Shown: positions 1-10,641, counted from the stretch's first letter. The stretch is 64,000 nt of DNA from Thalassobaculaceae bacterium (GCA_965228875.1 OZ245843.1:3702616-3766615); one strand, 5' to 3'. Notes: generated by a model from the letters alone, not told the origin. Numbers and translations: made by a program.

Positions 1-1
1 C

Positions 2-127
2 CTGGCGGCGGCCGGTCGCGCCCGGGTGCTCGGCGAGTTCTCGGCCGATGCCGGCCTCGACCGGCTCGCCGGGATGTTCGGGCTGGGCGGCGGCGCACGG
101 GCCGAGGGCCGGCCCGACGCGGCGTGA
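2..127 (+). CDS. C-terminal fragment of a probable GT4 glycosyltransferase (truncated by window edge)
   Basis: Open frame LAAAGRARVLGEFSADAGLDRLAGMF... resembles a GT-B C-terminal helix; its TGA overlaps the next GTG (GTGA). Confidence 0.6.
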   Translation: MAAAGRARVLGEFSADAGLDRLAGMFGLGGGARAEGRPDAA

Positions 128-1236
128 GGATCGCCTTCCACGCGCCGCTGAAACCCCCGGACGCGCCGGTTCCCTCCGGCGACCGGCGGGTCGCCCGGCT
201 GCTGATCGCCGCCCTGCGCCACGGCGGACACACCGTCGACCTCGCCAGCCGCCTGCGGACCCGCGACGCCAGGGGAGACATTGTCCGCCAGCTCAGGCTC
301 GCCGAGCTGGGCGGCCGTCTGGCGGCCCGGTACCTGCGCGCGGTGCGCGACGGCCGACGCCCGCGCCCGGACGTCTGGTTCACCTACCACCTGTACTACA
401 AGGCCCCCGACCTGATCGGTCCGCTGGTCGCCGACGACCTGTCGATCCCCTACGCCGTCGCCGAGGCGTCGGTGGCGCACAAGCGCGCCGGCGGCCCCTG
501 GGATCCGGGCCACCGCGCCACCCTCGCGGCGCTTGCCCGGGCCGATCTGGTCATCGGCCTCAATCCCCGCGACCGCTCCCTGGTGGAACCCTGCCTGTCG
601 CACGGCGCCCGATATCTCGACGTGCCGCCGTTCCTTGAGATCGCCGCACCGCCTCCGCCGGACCGGCCGCGGCGCCCGGCCGAGTTGCTCGCCGTCGCCA
701 TGATGCGGGCCGGCGACAAGCTGGCCTCCTACCGGGTTCTGGGGGCGGCGCTGGCGAAGGTGCCCGGCGACTGGCGGCTGACCGTGATCGGCGACGGACC
801 CGCACGGGCAGAGGTCGAGGCCGCCCTGGCGCCGGTCGCCGACCGGACCGTCTTCCGCGGCGCCCTGGACGCCGCCGGGCTGGACTCGGCCTATCGCGAC
901 GCCGACCTTCTGGTCTGGCCGGCGGTGAACGAAGCGTTCGGCATGGCCCTGCTCGAGGCCCAGGCGGCCGGCCTGCCGGTGGTGGCCGGCGACGGCGGCG
1001 GCGTGCCGGCGATCGTCCGCCATGGCGAGACGGGGCTCCTGACCCCGGTCGGCGACGCCGACGCCTTCGCGGCGGCCACCGCCGAACTCGTTCTGGATGC
1101 ACAACGACGCCGGTCGCTCGGCGCCGCGGCGGCGACGATCGCCCGGCGCGACCATGCCCTGCCGGCCGCGGCCGCCCGCATCGATGCCGCGCTGCGGGCG
1201 CTGGTCGACCGGGACCGCAGGAGGATCCGGGCATGA
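124..1236 (+). CDS. GT4 family glycosyltransferase
   Basis: NEAFGMALLEAQAAGLPVV (EX7E) motif; GT-B fold pattern. Confidence 0.9.
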   Translation: MRIAFHAPLKPPDAPVPSGDRRVARLLIAALRHGGHTVDLASRLRTRDARGDIVRQLRLAELGGRLAARYLRAVRDGRRPRPDVWFTYHLYYKAPDLIGPLVADDLSIPYAVAEASVAHKRAGGPWDPGHRATLAALARADLVIGLNPRDRSLVEPCLSHGARYLDVPPFLEIAAPPPPDRPRRPAELLAVAMMRAGDKLASYRVLGAALAKVPGDWRLTVIGDGPARAEVEAALAPVADRTVFRGALDAAGLDSAYRDADLLVWPAVNEAFGMALLEAQAAGLPVVAGDGGGVPAIVRHGETGLLTPVGDADAFAAATAELVLDAQRRRSLGAAAATIARRDHALPAAAARIDAALRALVDRDRRRIRA

Positions 1237-1853
1237 CCCGCCTGGCCCTGACCCGCCTGGCCCTGATCCGCCTGGCCCTGATCCGCCACGGCCCGACGGA
1301 CTGGAACGCGGACAAGCGACTCCAGGGTCGGGCCGACCGGCCGCTCAGCGCGGCCGGCGAGGAGGAGGTGCGGCGCTGGCACCTGCCGCCCGATCTCGCG
1401 ACGCAGCGGTGGCTGACCAGCCCGCTGGGCCGGGCACGGAGGACCGCGGAGCTTCTCGGCGTCGACGCGGCGGTCGAGCCGGCGGCAACAGAACTGGATT
1501 TCGGCGCCTGGGAAGGCCGTCGCCTGATGGATATCCGCGCCGCCGACCCGGCCGGCACCGACGCGAACGAGGCGCGCGGCCTGGATTTCCGCCCGCCCGG
1601 CGGCGAGAGCCCGCGCGACGTGCAGGCACGCCTGATCCCGCTGCTGCGCCGGCTGGCGGCGGATGGTCGCGATACCGGCATCGTCACCCACAAGGGGGTC
1701 ATCCGCGCGGTGTTGTCCCTGGCCACCGGCTGGCCGATGACGGATAAGCCCCCGGTGAAACTCGCCTGGGACTGTGCGCATCTGTTCACGATCGCCGCCG
1801 ACGGAACGCCGCGCCCGGACCGACTGAACCTGCCCCTGAAGGCCGACCGATGA
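1233..1853 (+). CDS. histidine phosphatase (phosphoglycerate mutase family)
   Basis: RHGxTxWN...LQG, ELDFGAWEG and VTHKGVIR motifs. Confidence 0.9.
   Translation: MTRLALTRLALIRLALIRHGPTDWNADKRLQGRADRPLSAAGEEEVRRWHLPPDLATQRWLTSPLGRARRTAELLGVDAAVEPAATELDFGAWEGRRLMDIRAADPAGTDANEARGLDFRPPGGESPRDVQARLIPLLRRLAADGRDTGIVTHKGVIRAVLSLATGWPMTDKPPVKLAWDCAHLFTIAADGTPRPDRLNLPLKADR
1236..1286 (+). repeat. 15-bp in-frame tandem repeat (A[C/T]CCGCCTGGCCCTG x3 plus partial copy)
   Basis: Encodes TRLAL-TRLAL-IRLAL-IR directly before the catalytic His. Confidence 0.9.
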
Positions 1854-3007
1854 CCCGACCGACCGTGATGCTCTACGTCCAGAACCTGCTCGGAATCGGC
1901 CATCTGCGCCGGGCGGCGGCGGTCGCGCGGGCGCTGGCCGATCACGGGGCAGAGGTCGCCTTCGTCTCCGGCGGCATGCCGGTGCCGCACCTGCCGCTCG
2001 GCGGCGCCAGGATGGTCCAGCTTCCGCCGATCCGCACCGAGGACGGCAATTTCAAGGTGCTTCTGGACGATACCGACACGCCGATCGACGACGCCTTCCG
2101 CGATGCCCGGCGCGACCGACTGCTGGCCCTGTTCGACGACCTGCGCCCGGCGGCGCTGATCACCGAACTGTTCCCGTTCGGCCGCCGGCAGATGCGCTTC
2201 GAGCTGATTCCGCTGCTGGAGCGCGCCCGGCAAGCCGAGTGGCGGCCGGCGGTGTTCTCGTCGATGCGCGACATCCTGGTCACGAAGCCCCGGCGCGACC
2301 GCAACCTGGAGATCGTCGACACGCTGAACGCCTACTACGACGCCGCCCTTATTCATTCCGACCCCGAACTGATCCGGCTGGAGCGCACCTTCCCCATGGC
2401 CGCCGACATTCAGGTGGCGCTGCACTACACGGGATACGTGGTCAACGCCGACGACATCGTCGTGCCCGAGGCGGACCCGGCGGCGGACGGCCCGGTGCTG
2501 GTCTCGGCCGGCGGAGGAGCGGTGGGCGAGCGGTTCATGCCGGCGGTTGCGGCGATGATCCCGGACCTGCCGATGGCCGACCGGCGCTGGCACCTGGTGA
2601 CCGGCCACCACATGCCGGCGACGGCGATCGGCGCCATCCGCGCCGCGGTACCGGCCGGGACCACGATCGAGCGCAGCGTTCCGAACCTGCCGGAACTGAT
2701 GGCCGGTGCCGCGCTGTCGATTTCCCAGGCCGGCTACAACACCCTGTTGGAACTGCTGGCGGCACGGACCCGCGCGGTGGTCGTGCCGTACGAGGGCGGG
2801 GTCGAGACCGAGCAGCGGCTGCGGGCCGACCTGCTGGCCGACGCCGGCGCCTTGGAGGTGGTTCCGGAAGACGGGCTCGATGCCGGCACCCTGGGCGCGG
2901 CGATGGACCGGGCGCGGGCCCGGTCGCGCGATGCCGTGCCGGCCGTCGATCTCGACGGCGCCGCGAAGACGGCGCGGATCGTCCTGTCCCGTCTCGCCGC
3001 CGGATGA
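1850..3007 (+). CDS. GT-B glycosyltransferase (GT1/GT28 C-terminal-like)
   Basis: YVQNLLGIGHL, ELFPFGR, VSAGGG, SQAGYNT and EQxxRA motifs. Confidence 0.85.
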   Translation: MTRPTVMLYVQNLLGIGHLRRAAAVARALADHGAEVAFVSGGMPVPHLPLGGARMVQLPPIRTEDGNFKVLLDDTDTPIDDAFRDARRDRLLALFDDLRPAALITELFPFGRRQMRFELIPLLERARQAEWRPAVFSSMRDILVTKPRRDRNLEIVDTLNAYYDAALIHSDPELIRLERTFPMAADIQVALHYTGYVVNADDIVVPEADPAADGPVLVSAGGGAVGERFMPAVAAMIPDLPMADRRWHLVTGHHMPATAIGAIRAAVPAGTTIERSVPNLPELMAGAALSISQAGYNTLLELLAARTRAVVVPYEGGVETEQRLRADLLADAGALEVVPEDGLDAGTLGAAMDRARARSRDAVPAVDLDGAAKTARIVLSRLAAG

Positions 3008-3771
3008 CCGTGCCCGACGCCCTGATGCGGTTTCTCGACGCCCGCGCGGCCAAGGGGCGGCCGCTCGAGCTGTGGTGGCGCGACGACGATCTGGAGACGC
3101 CGACCGCCGCGCTCTCGGCGTGCCTGGACGCCCTGGCCGCGCACCGCATCGTCGCCGCCTTCGCCGCCATCCCGGTCGGTCTGAGCGGACAGGCCGTCGA
3201 GGCGCTGGCGGAAAGCGGTGCCGTCCTTTTCGTCCACGGCTGGTCGCACACGAACCACGCCGCGCCCGGGTCGAAGAAGTGCGAGTTCGGTCCCGACCGG
3301 CCGCTCGCCGACCGGCTGGCCGAGATCGCCGGCGGCTGGCGGCACCTGCAGGAGAGGGGCGGCGCGATGGCCCGGCCCTGCTTCGTGCCGCCGTGGAACC
3401 GGCTCGGCGACGACCTGTTGGCCGCACTCGACCGCTCGGAGATGGCGGCCCTGTCGGCCTTCGCCCCGGCCGGTCGACGGCCGCCGGCGGCGGCCCTGCC
3501 GCGGCTCGATGCCCATGTCGACCTCATCGACTGGCGCGGAACCGGCGGACCGATTTCCGCCGCCGAACTGATTGCACGGCTGTCGGCGCAAGACGGGGTG
3601 GACGGACCGGTCGGAATCCTGTCCCATCACCGCGTCACCGACCCCGGAGCCTGGGCGGCGTGGCGGCCGGTGCTGGCCGCCCTGTCCGAGCATCCGGCGG
3701 CGCGGTGGCTGACCCCGGACGAAGCCCTCGCCCGGGTCGGAGCAGGACCGGTGGAACGGAGGACGGGTTGA
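3004..3771 (+). CDS. polysaccharide deacetylase (NodB-like)
   Basis: WWRDDD, HGWSH, FVPPWNR and LSHH motifs; ATGA overlap with the upstream gene. Confidence 0.85.
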   Translation: MTVPDALMRFLDARAAKGRPLELWWRDDDLETPTAALSACLDALAAHRIVAAFAAIPVGLSGQAVEALAESGAVLFVHGWSHTNHAAPGSKKCEFGPDRPLADRLAEIAGGWRHLQERGGAMARPCFVPPWNRLGDDLLAALDRSEMAALSAFAPAGRRPPAAALPRLDAHVDLIDWRGTGGPISAAELIARLSAQDGVDGPVGILSHHRVTDPGAWAAWRPVLAALSEHPAARWLTPDEALARVGAGPVERRTG

Positions 3772-4373
3772 CCACGCACCGCTATCAGCGCGGCGCCATC
3801 GCGGCGGACTACGCCAGGGGCGGGCTCGGCCTCGCCGTGACCGGCCTGCCGCTGGTCGCCACACCGCTGGCCACGACGATCACCGTCATCTTCGGCGGCC
3901 TCGCCACGCTGTTCGGCGTCTACGTCGTGCGCACCTGGCTGCGCGCGTCCCAGGCGATCGAGCTCGACGGCGACGGAATCCGCCGCACCGGCCCGATGGC
4001 GATCGAGATTCCCTGGGACGGTCTCGACGCCATGGAGGTCCGCTATTTCTCGACCCGGCGCGACCGCACGGGCGGCTGGATGGAGCTGAAGGTGGCCGGC
4101 GCCGGGCGCAAGCTGGCGGTGGAAAGCTCGATCGACGATTTCGAGGCCGTGGTGCGGCACTGCATGCTGGTGGCCGGCCGCAACGAGCTTGCGCTGTCCG
4201 AGACCACACAGGACAATCTGCGCGCGCTCGGGCTTCTGGGGCCGCTTCCGGCCGCCGGGGACGGCGACGGACCGCCGGCGGCCGGACCTGGCCCCGGTCC
4301 GACCATCGACAACGGGCCGAGGCTGACCCGCGGTCTCGGGTGGGGAGTTGGACCCGGCCGGGACCGCCGATAG
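3768..4373 (+). CDS. membrane protein with two N-terminal TM helices and a possible PH-like soluble domain
   Basis: TTG start after GGAGG, overlapping the upstream TGA; two hydrophobic segments, then IPWDGLDAMEVRYFSTRRDR. Confidence 0.7.
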   Translation: MTTHRYQRGAIAADYARGGLGLAVTGLPLVATPLATTITVIFGGLATLFGVYVVRTWLRASQAIELDGDGIRRTGPMAIEIPWDGLDAMEVRYFSTRRDRTGGWMELKVAGAGRKLAVESSIDDFEAVVRHCMLVAGRNELALSETTQDNLRALGLLGPLPAAGDGDGPPAAGPGPGPTIDNGPRLTRGLGWGVGPGRDRR

Positions 4374-4400
4374 GCTGGGGAGCCTGTCAGACAGGGGGAT

Positions 4401-6311
4401 GTGATCTTGGATCGCGCGACGCCGCTTCTGCGCGTGAACGACCTGAGGATCGGGTTCGATCTGCCGGAAGGCCGTCTCGTCGCGGTCGACGGCGTCTCGT
4501 TCCAGATCCGCCGCGGCGCCACCGTCGCCCTGGTCGGGGAATCCGGATCCGGCAAGTCGGTGGTCAGCCAGGCGATCATGGGCCTGCTGCCCCGCCCGGC
4601 CCGGATCCTCGGCGGTTCGATCCTGTTCGCCGACCCACAGAAACCGGGCACCATCACCGACATCGTGCGCCTGCCGGTCGACGGCCGGGAGATGCGGGAC
4701 CTGCGCGGCGGGCGGATCTCGATCATCTTCCAGGAGCCGATGACCTCCCTGTCGCCGCTCCACACAGTCGGCAACCAGATCCGCGAGGCCCTGGACCTGC
4801 ACCGCGACGTCAGTTCCCGCGAGGCGATCGAACTGACCCGCGACATGCTGCGCATGGTCGGCTTCCCCGATCCCGACCGGGCGCTGAAGACCTACCCGTT
4901 CGAGCTGTCCGGCGGCCTGCGCCAGCGCGCCATGATCTCGATGGCCCTGGTCTGCCGTCCGGCGCTGCTGATCGCCGACGAGCCGACGACCGCGCTGGAC
5001 GTCACCATTCAGGCGCAGATCCTGAAGCTCATCAAGGACCTGCAGTCCGAGCTCAACATGGCGATGCTGATGATCACCCACGATCTCGGCGTCGTCGCCA
5101 ACGTGGCCGAGGAGGTGGTCGTCATGTACCGCGGCCGGATCATGGAATCCGGCGAGGTCGACGACATCTTCCGCCGGGCCCAGCATCCCTATCTCAAGGC
5201 CCTGATGGGTGCGGTGCCGCGGTTCGACATGGAGCCGGGCGAGCGCCTGAAGCCGTTGCGCGAGATCCAGGCGGAGACCGGACACCTGCTGGCCGACCGG
5301 CCGAAGACCGCGACCGCCGACGGCGCGCCGATGCTGGCGGTGGACGGACTGACGAAGACCTACACGATCCGCAAGGGGGGCTGGCTGGCCCAGACCCGGC
5401 AGACGGTCAAGGCGCTGGACGACGTCTCGTTCACGGTTCGGGCCGGCGAGTGCCTCGGCTTGGTCGGCGAGTCCGGCTGCGGCAAGACGACCCTGTCGAA
5501 GACGATCATGCGCGCGCTCTCGCCGGACGCGGGGACGGTCACGTTCACCGACGAGACCGGGCCGACCGACGTGCTGGCCCTGTCGGGCACCCGGCTGACC
5601 GAATTCCGCCGCAAGCTGCAGTTCGTCTTCCAGGACCCGTTCTCGTCGCTCAACCCGCGGATGACGGTCTTCGACATCATCGCCGAGCCGCTGATCATCC
5701 ACGGCATCGGCACCCCCGCGTGGCGGCGCGAGATGGTGGCCGAACTGATGCGCCTCGTCGGCCTCGACGTGCGTCACCTGAACCGCTACCCGCACAGCTT
5801 CTCCGGCGGCCAGCGTCAGCGCATCGGCATCGCCCGCGCCCTCGCCCTGAAACCGAAGATGCTGATCTGCGACGAACCGGTCTCGGCCCTGGACGTCTCG
5901 ATCCAGGCCCAGGTTCTGAACCTGCTGAAGGACCTGAAGGACAAGCTCGGGCTCACCTATCTGTTCATCAGCCACAACCTCGCGGTGGTCGACTATGTCG
6001 CCGACCGGATCGCGGTGATGTGCGCCGGGCGGATCGTCGAGCTGGCACCGCGCGAAGCCCTGTTCCGCGACCCGGTGCATCCCTACACCCAGGCGCTCCT
6101 CGCCGCCGTTCCGGACCCGGATCCGGACAACCCGCTGAACTTCGACGCGGTGATGGACGGCCGCACGTCAAAGCCGGAAGCGTGGCCGGCGCCGTTCACC
6201 ATCGCGCCCGCAGGACAGGGCGACGGGCCCGCGCCCGATTTCGTCGATCTCGGCGACGGACATTTCGTGCGGGCCGACCCGTCGATCCTGACCCTGAGGC
6301 TGGCGTCGTGA
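4401..6311 (+). CDS. peptide/nickel-type ABC transporter ATP-binding protein with two fused NBDs
   Basis: GESGSGKS and GESGCGKT Walker A motifs; LSGG/FSGGQ signatures; DEP Walker B. Confidence 0.95.
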   Translation: MILDRATPLLRVNDLRIGFDLPEGRLVAVDGVSFQIRRGATVALVGESGSGKSVVSQAIMGLLPRPARILGGSILFADPQKPGTITDIVRLPVDGREMRDLRGGRISIIFQEPMTSLSPLHTVGNQIREALDLHRDVSSREAIELTRDMLRMVGFPDPDRALKTYPFELSGGLRQRAMISMALVCRPALLIADEPTTALDVTIQAQILKLIKDLQSELNMAMLMITHDLGVVANVAEEVVVMYRGRIMESGEVDDIFRRAQHPYLKALMGAVPRFDMEPGERLKPLREIQAETGHLLADRPKTATADGAPMLAVDGLTKTYTIRKGGWLAQTRQTVKALDDVSFTVRAGECLGLVGESGCGKTTLSKTIMRALSPDAGTVTFTDETGPTDVLALSGTRLTEFRRKLQFVFQDPFSSLNPRMTVFDIIAEPLIIHGIGTPAWRREMVAELMRLVGLDVRHLNRYPHSFSGGQRQRIGIARALALKPKMLICDEPVSALDVSIQAQVLNLLKDLKDKLGLTYLFISHNLAVVDYVADRIAVMCAGRIVELAPREALFRDPVHPYTQALLAAVPDPDPDNPLNFDAVMDGRTSKPEAWPAPFTIAPAGQGDGPAPDFVDLGDGHFVRADPSILTLRLAS

Positions 6312-8287
6312 CCGCCGCATCTCCGCGCCGCCGCTCGATGGCGCCGGTCTTGGCCGCCGCGGTGATAGCCGCCGCCCTCCTCGCCGGCGGTCCGGCGGCC
6401 GCACAGGTCGAACCGCCGCTGCTCGCCGAGGCCGTCGCCGCCGGTCGGCTGCCGGAGATGGCGGCACGGATCCCGGTCGATCCGCTGGTGGTCGACCTCA
6501 AGGGCCAGGGCCGCGAGCTCGGCGAGTACGGCGGCACCCTGCGGATGGCCATGGGCCGGGCCAAGGACGCCCGCCAGATGGTGGTCTACGGCTATGCGCG
6601 GCTGGTCGGCTACGATCCGGAAACGCTCGAGCTGCGCCCCGATCTGGCCAAGGACGTGATCGTCGAGGACAACAAGTCCTTCACCTTCGTCCTGCGCGAG
6701 GGTCACCGCTGGTCCGACGGCACGCCGTTCACCACCGAGGACTTCCGCTATTTCTGGGAGGACGTGGCCAACGATCCGGAGATCTCGCCGACCGGCCCGC
6801 CGATCGAGCTGATGGTCAACGGCGAGCCGCCGAAGGTCGAGATCCTGTCGGAGACCCGGGTCCGCTATTCCTGGGGCCAGCCCAATCCGGACTTCCTGCC
6901 GCAGTTGGCCGGCGCCCGCCCGCTCTACCTGTACCGGCCCGCGCACCACCTCAAGCGCTACCACGCCGGCTTCGCCGCGCCGGAGGACCTGGCCCGGCAC
7001 ATCGACAAGGCGCAGGCGCGGAGCTGGGCGGCGCTGCACAACCGCGAGGACAATCCCTACAAGTTCGACAATCCGCACCTGCCGACGCTGCAGCCCTGGG
7101 TGGTCAGGACCGCGCCGCCGTCGAACCGCTTCGTCTTCGAGCGCAACCCCTATTACCACAAGATCGACGGTCGCGGCCGCCAGCTCCCCTACATCGACCA
7201 GGTGGTCTTCCAGATCGCCTCGTCCGGCCTGATCCCGGCGAAGACCGGCGCCGGCGAGAACGACCTGCAGGCGCGCTACCTCAACTTCGACGACTACACC
7301 TTCCTGCGCCAGGGCGAGGAGCGGGGCAACTACGAGACCTATCTCTGGCGCACCGCCAAGGGCTCGCACCTGGCGCTGTTCCCGAACCTCAACATCGAGG
7401 ACGCGGTCTGGCGCGAGGTGATGCGCGACGTGCGCTTCCGCCGGGCCCTGTCGCTGGCGGTGAACCGGCACGAACTCAACCAGGTCGCCTATTTCGGGCT
7501 GGCGCTGCCCGGCAACAACACCGTCCTGCCCTCCTCGCCGCTGTACCGGCCGGAGTTCCGCGAGACCTGGGCGCGGTACGATCCGCGACAGGCCAACGCC
7601 CTGCTCGACGAGATGGGCCTCGGCGAGCGCGACGACCGCGGAATCCGTCTGCTGCCGGACGGCCGGGCGATGGAGATCATCATCGAGACCGCCGGCGAGA
7701 GCACCGAAGAGACCGACCTGCTGGAGCTGATCCACGACACCTGGCTGGAGATCGGCGTCAAGATCTACACCCGCCCGTCCGAGCGCACCGTGTTCCGCAA
7801 CCGGATCTTCGCCGGTCAGACGATGATGTCGATCTCCTTCGGCCTGGAGAACGGCATCCCGAGCAACGAATCCAGCCCGTCCGAGTTCGCGCCGACGGCG
7901 CAGACCCAGTACATGTGGCCGCGCTGGGGCCAGTACTACCAGACCAAGGGCAAGGCGGGCGCCGCACCCGACATTCCGGAGGCGGCGCGGCTGCTGGTGC
8001 TGTACGACGACTGGCGGCGCGCCTCGACGGTGGCGGCCCGGCGGGCGATCTGGCAGGAGATGCTGTCGATCTGGACCGACCAGGTCTTCTCCATCGGCCT
8101 GATCGCCGGGGTCCTGCAACCGGTCGTGGTCAGCCTCAAGCTGCACAACGTACCGGTCCAGGCGATCTACAACTGGGACCCGGGGGCGCATTTCGGCATG
8201 CACCGGCCGGACACCTTCTTCTTCGGCGCCGCGCGCGACCGCACCCCCGACGAGGTGCTGACCGCCGCCGCCCGGTCGCGACGCTAA
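6308..8287 (+). CDS. ABC transporter substrate-binding protein, family 5
   Basis: Signal peptide; FTFVLREGHRWSDGTPFTTED; ERNPYY; LPYID. Start is GTG 6308 or ATG 6338. Confidence 0.9.
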   Translation: MTAASPRRRSMAPVLAAAVIAAALLAGGPAAAQVEPPLLAEAVAAGRLPEMAARIPVDPLVVDLKGQGRELGEYGGTLRMAMGRAKDARQMVVYGYARLVGYDPETLELRPDLAKDVIVEDNKSFTFVLREGHRWSDGTPFTTEDFRYFWEDVANDPEISPTGPPIELMVNGEPPKVEILSETRVRYSWGQPNPDFLPQLAGARPLYLYRPAHHLKRYHAGFAAPEDLARHIDKAQARSWAALHNREDNPYKFDNPHLPTLQPWVVRTAPPSNRFVFERNPYYHKIDGRGRQLPYIDQVVFQIASSGLIPAKTGAGENDLQARYLNFDDYTFLRQGEERGNYETYLWRTAKGSHLALFPNLNIEDAVWREVMRDVRFRRALSLAVNRHELNQVAYFGLALPGNNTVLPSSPLYRPEFRETWARYDPRQANALLDEMGLGERDDRGIRLLPDGRAMEIIIETAGESTEETDLLELIHDTWLEIGVKIYTRPSERTVFRNRIFAGQTMMSISFGLENGIPSNESSPSEFAPTAQTQYMWPRWGQYYQTKGKAGAAPDIPEAARLLVLYDDWRRASTVAARRAIWQEMLSIWTDQVFSIGLIAGVLQPVVVSLKLHNVPVQAIYNWDPGAHFGMHRPDTFFFGAARDRTPDEVLTAAARSRR

Positions 8288-8303
8288 GGGGCGGGGACGG
8301 ACC

Positions 8304-9302
8304 GTGATCGATTATCTCGCCCGCCGCATCCTGATCATGATCCCGACCATGGTCGCGATCAGCATCATCACCTTCATCATCATCCAGCTGCCGCCGGGCG
8401 ACTACCTGTCGACCCTGATCGCCGAGATGGAGAGCCAGGGCGAGAGCGTAGACCCGGCGAAGATCGAGGCCCTGCGCGCCCATTACGGCCTCGACCGGCC
8501 GATGTGGGAACAGTACGTCCTGTGGGCGCTTGGCATGCTGCAGGGCGATTTCGGCTACAGCTTCGAGTATCAGCTGCCGGTGAGCGACGTGGTCGGCGAC
8601 CGGGTGCTGATGACCATCGTCCTGAACTTCTCGACGATCTTCTTCATCTACCTGGTGTCGTTTCCGATCGGCATCTACTCCGCCACCCACCAGTACAGCG
8701 TCGGCGACTACGGCCTGACCTTCATCGGCTTTCTCGGCCTGGCCACGCCGAACTTCCTGCTGGCGCTGATCCTGCTGTACTTCGCCAACGTCTGGTTCGG
8801 CACCTCGATCGGCGGGCTGATGGACCCGAGCTACATCGGCGAGCCGTGGACGGTCGGCAAGGTGCTCTCGGTGCTGGAGCACCTGTGGGTGCCGGTCGTG
8901 GTGATCGGGACTTCCGGCACCGCGGCGATGATCCGCCGGCTGCGCGCCAACATGCTGGACGAGTTGCAGAAGCAGTACGTCGTCACCGCCCGGGCCAAGG
9001 GCCTGCCGCCATTCCGGGCGCTGATGAAATACCCGCTGCGCATGGCCCTGAACCCGTTCATCTCCGACATCGGCAACATGCTGCCGCAGGTGGTCTCCGG
9101 CTCGGCGGTGGTGTCGATGGTGCTGTCGCTGCCGACCACCGGTCCCATGCTGATCGGCGCGCTGCAGAGCCAGGACATGTACCTCGCCGGATCGTTCCTG
9201 ATGTTCCTGGCGCTGCTGACCGTGATCGGCATGTTGATCTCTGACCTGGCGCTGGCCTGGCTGGACCCGCGGATCCGCCTCGGCGGCGGGCCCGGACGGT
9301 GA
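8304..9302 (+). CDS. ABC transporter permease (DppB/OppB-like)
   Basis: GDFGYSF; EAA loop YVVTARAKGL; ends in LDPRIR. Confidence 0.95.
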   Translation: MIDYLARRILIMIPTMVAISIITFIIIQLPPGDYLSTLIAEMESQGESVDPAKIEALRAHYGLDRPMWEQYVLWALGMLQGDFGYSFEYQLPVSDVVGDRVLMTIVLNFSTIFFIYLVSFPIGIYSATHQYSVGDYGLTFIGFLGLATPNFLLALILLYFANVWFGTSIGGLMDPSYIGEPWTVGKVLSVLEHLWVPVVVIGTSGTAAMIRRLRANMLDELQKQYVVTARAKGLPPFRALMKYPLRMALNPFISDIGNMLPQVVSGSAVVSMVLSLPTTGPMLIGALQSQDMYLAGSFLMFLALLTVIGMLISDLALAWLDPRIRLGGGPGR

Positions 9303-9312
9303 GGGGGACGGG

Positions 9313-10485
9313 ATGAGCGCGACCGACCAGCACCGCCCCAAGGCCCGGCATTTCGTCGACACCGCGCCGTTCGACCCGAACCGGGACGAGGCCCTGACGC
9401 CGGAGCAGGAACGCTACTACATGGCGTCCCAGTGGCAGATGATGTGGTGGAAGTTGAAGCGCCACCGCCTCGCCGTCGCCTCCGGCCTGTTCCTGCTGGC
9501 CCTCTACGCCTCCGTGCTGATCTCCGAACTGATCGCGCCCTACGCGCTGTCCACCCGCCACACCGACCACATCTTCGCCCCGCCGCAGAGCGTCCACCTG
9601 TTCCGCGACGGCCGTTTCGTCGGCCCCTACGTGCTCGGCTACGACTACGAGCTCGACCTGCGGACCCTGAAACGGGTCTACACGCCGAACCCCGCCAAGG
9701 TGGAGCCGCTGCGCTTCTTCTGTTCCGGCGACCCGTACCGGTTCTGGGGCCAGGTCGAGATGGACTTCCATCTGGTCTGTCCGGCCGAGGGCGGCACCCT
9801 GTTCGTGCTCGGCACCGACCGGCTCGGCCGCGACGTGTTCTCGCGCATCGTCTACGGCACGCGGGTGTCGCTCACCGTGGGGCTGATCGGCATCGCCGTC
9901 AGCTTCGTGCTCGGCATCGTGATCGGCGGCCTGGCCGGATATTACGGCGGCTGGGTCGATTCCTGCATCCAGAGGTTGATCGAGATCATCCGCTCCTTCC
10001 CGGAGCTTCCGCTGTGGATGGCGCTCTCTGCCGCCCTGCCGGTGACCTGGTCGCCGATATTGATTTACTTCGGTATAACGCTGATATTGGGCCTTCTCGA
10101 CTGGACCGGGCTGGCGCGGGCCGTGCGCTCCAAACTCCTCAGCCTACGCGAGGAAGACTTCTGCGTGGCCGCCGAACTGATGGGCGCGAAGCCGAGCCGG
10201 ATCATCGGCCGGCACCTGCTGCCGAGCTTCATGAGCCACCTGATCGCCTCGGCCACCCTGTCGATCCCGACCATGATCCTGGGCGAGACGGCGCTGTCCT
10301 TCCTCGGCCTCGGCCTGCGCCCGCCGATCACCAGCTGGGGCGTGCTGCTGACCGAGGCGCAGAACATCAACGCGGTCGAGCTCTACCCCTGGATCATGAC
10401 ACCGGTAGTTCCGGTGATCCTGGTGGTCCTGGCGTTCAACTTCTTCGGCGACGGCCTGCGCGACGCGGCGGATCCGTATAAGTAG
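9313..10485 (+). CDS. ABC transporter permease (DppC/OppC-like)
   Basis: LGTDRLGRDVFSR, ETALSFLGLG and GDGLRDAADP motifs. Confidence 0.95.
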   Translation: MSATDQHRPKARHFVDTAPFDPNRDEALTPEQERYYMASQWQMMWWKLKRHRLAVASGLFLLALYASVLISELIAPYALSTRHTDHIFAPPQSVHLFRDGRFVGPYVLGYDYELDLRTLKRVYTPNPAKVEPLRFFCSGDPYRFWGQVEMDFHLVCPAEGGTLFVLGTDRLGRDVFSRIVYGTRVSLTVGLIGIAVSFVLGIVIGGLAGYYGGWVDSCIQRLIEIIRSFPELPLWMALSAALPVTWSPILIYFGITLILGLLDWTGLARAVRSKLLSLREEDFCVAAELMGAKPSRIIGRHLLPSFMSHLIASATLSIPTMILGETALSFLGLGLRPPITSWGVLLTEAQNINAVELYPWIMTPVVPVILVVLAFNFFGDGLRDAADPYK

Positions 10486-10564
10486 CCTCCGCTTTTCCGG
10501 GGCCTCTTTTCCGGGACCTCCTTCCGCAACGACTCCCGGCCAAAGCGACTTCCTGACCACAACG

Positions 10565-10641
10565 ACTTACCGGACGGTGTCGAAGGGCCGATCCGGGACC
10601 CAACCCCGATGACTCCGGGTCCCGGCTCAAGGCCGGGAAGT
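10565..10641. repeat. REP/RIME-like palindromic intergenic element (copy A)
   Basis: Outer IR ACTTACCGG/CCGGGAAGT and inner IR CCGGGACCC/GGGTCCCGG; 3' arm CCCGGCTCAAGGCCGGG resembles copy D. Confidence 0.6.

Noticed and set aside
4340..6307. Apparent 1315-aa fusion ORF 4340-8287
   Set aside because: The N-terminal half is an off-frame overlap of the ABC ATPase; the real binding protein starts at 6308 or 6338.
560..8203. Very long antisense and alternate-frame ORFs (e.g. 560-3427, 3627-6080, 6083-8203; also 18704-21571)
   Set aside because: Shadow ORFs caused by high GC and codon bias; they overlap well-supported genes and carry no motifs.
10486..10570. Degenerate TTCCGGG/CCTC and AACGACT micro-repeats after the ABC operon
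   Set aside because: Irregular period; most likely slippage debris.
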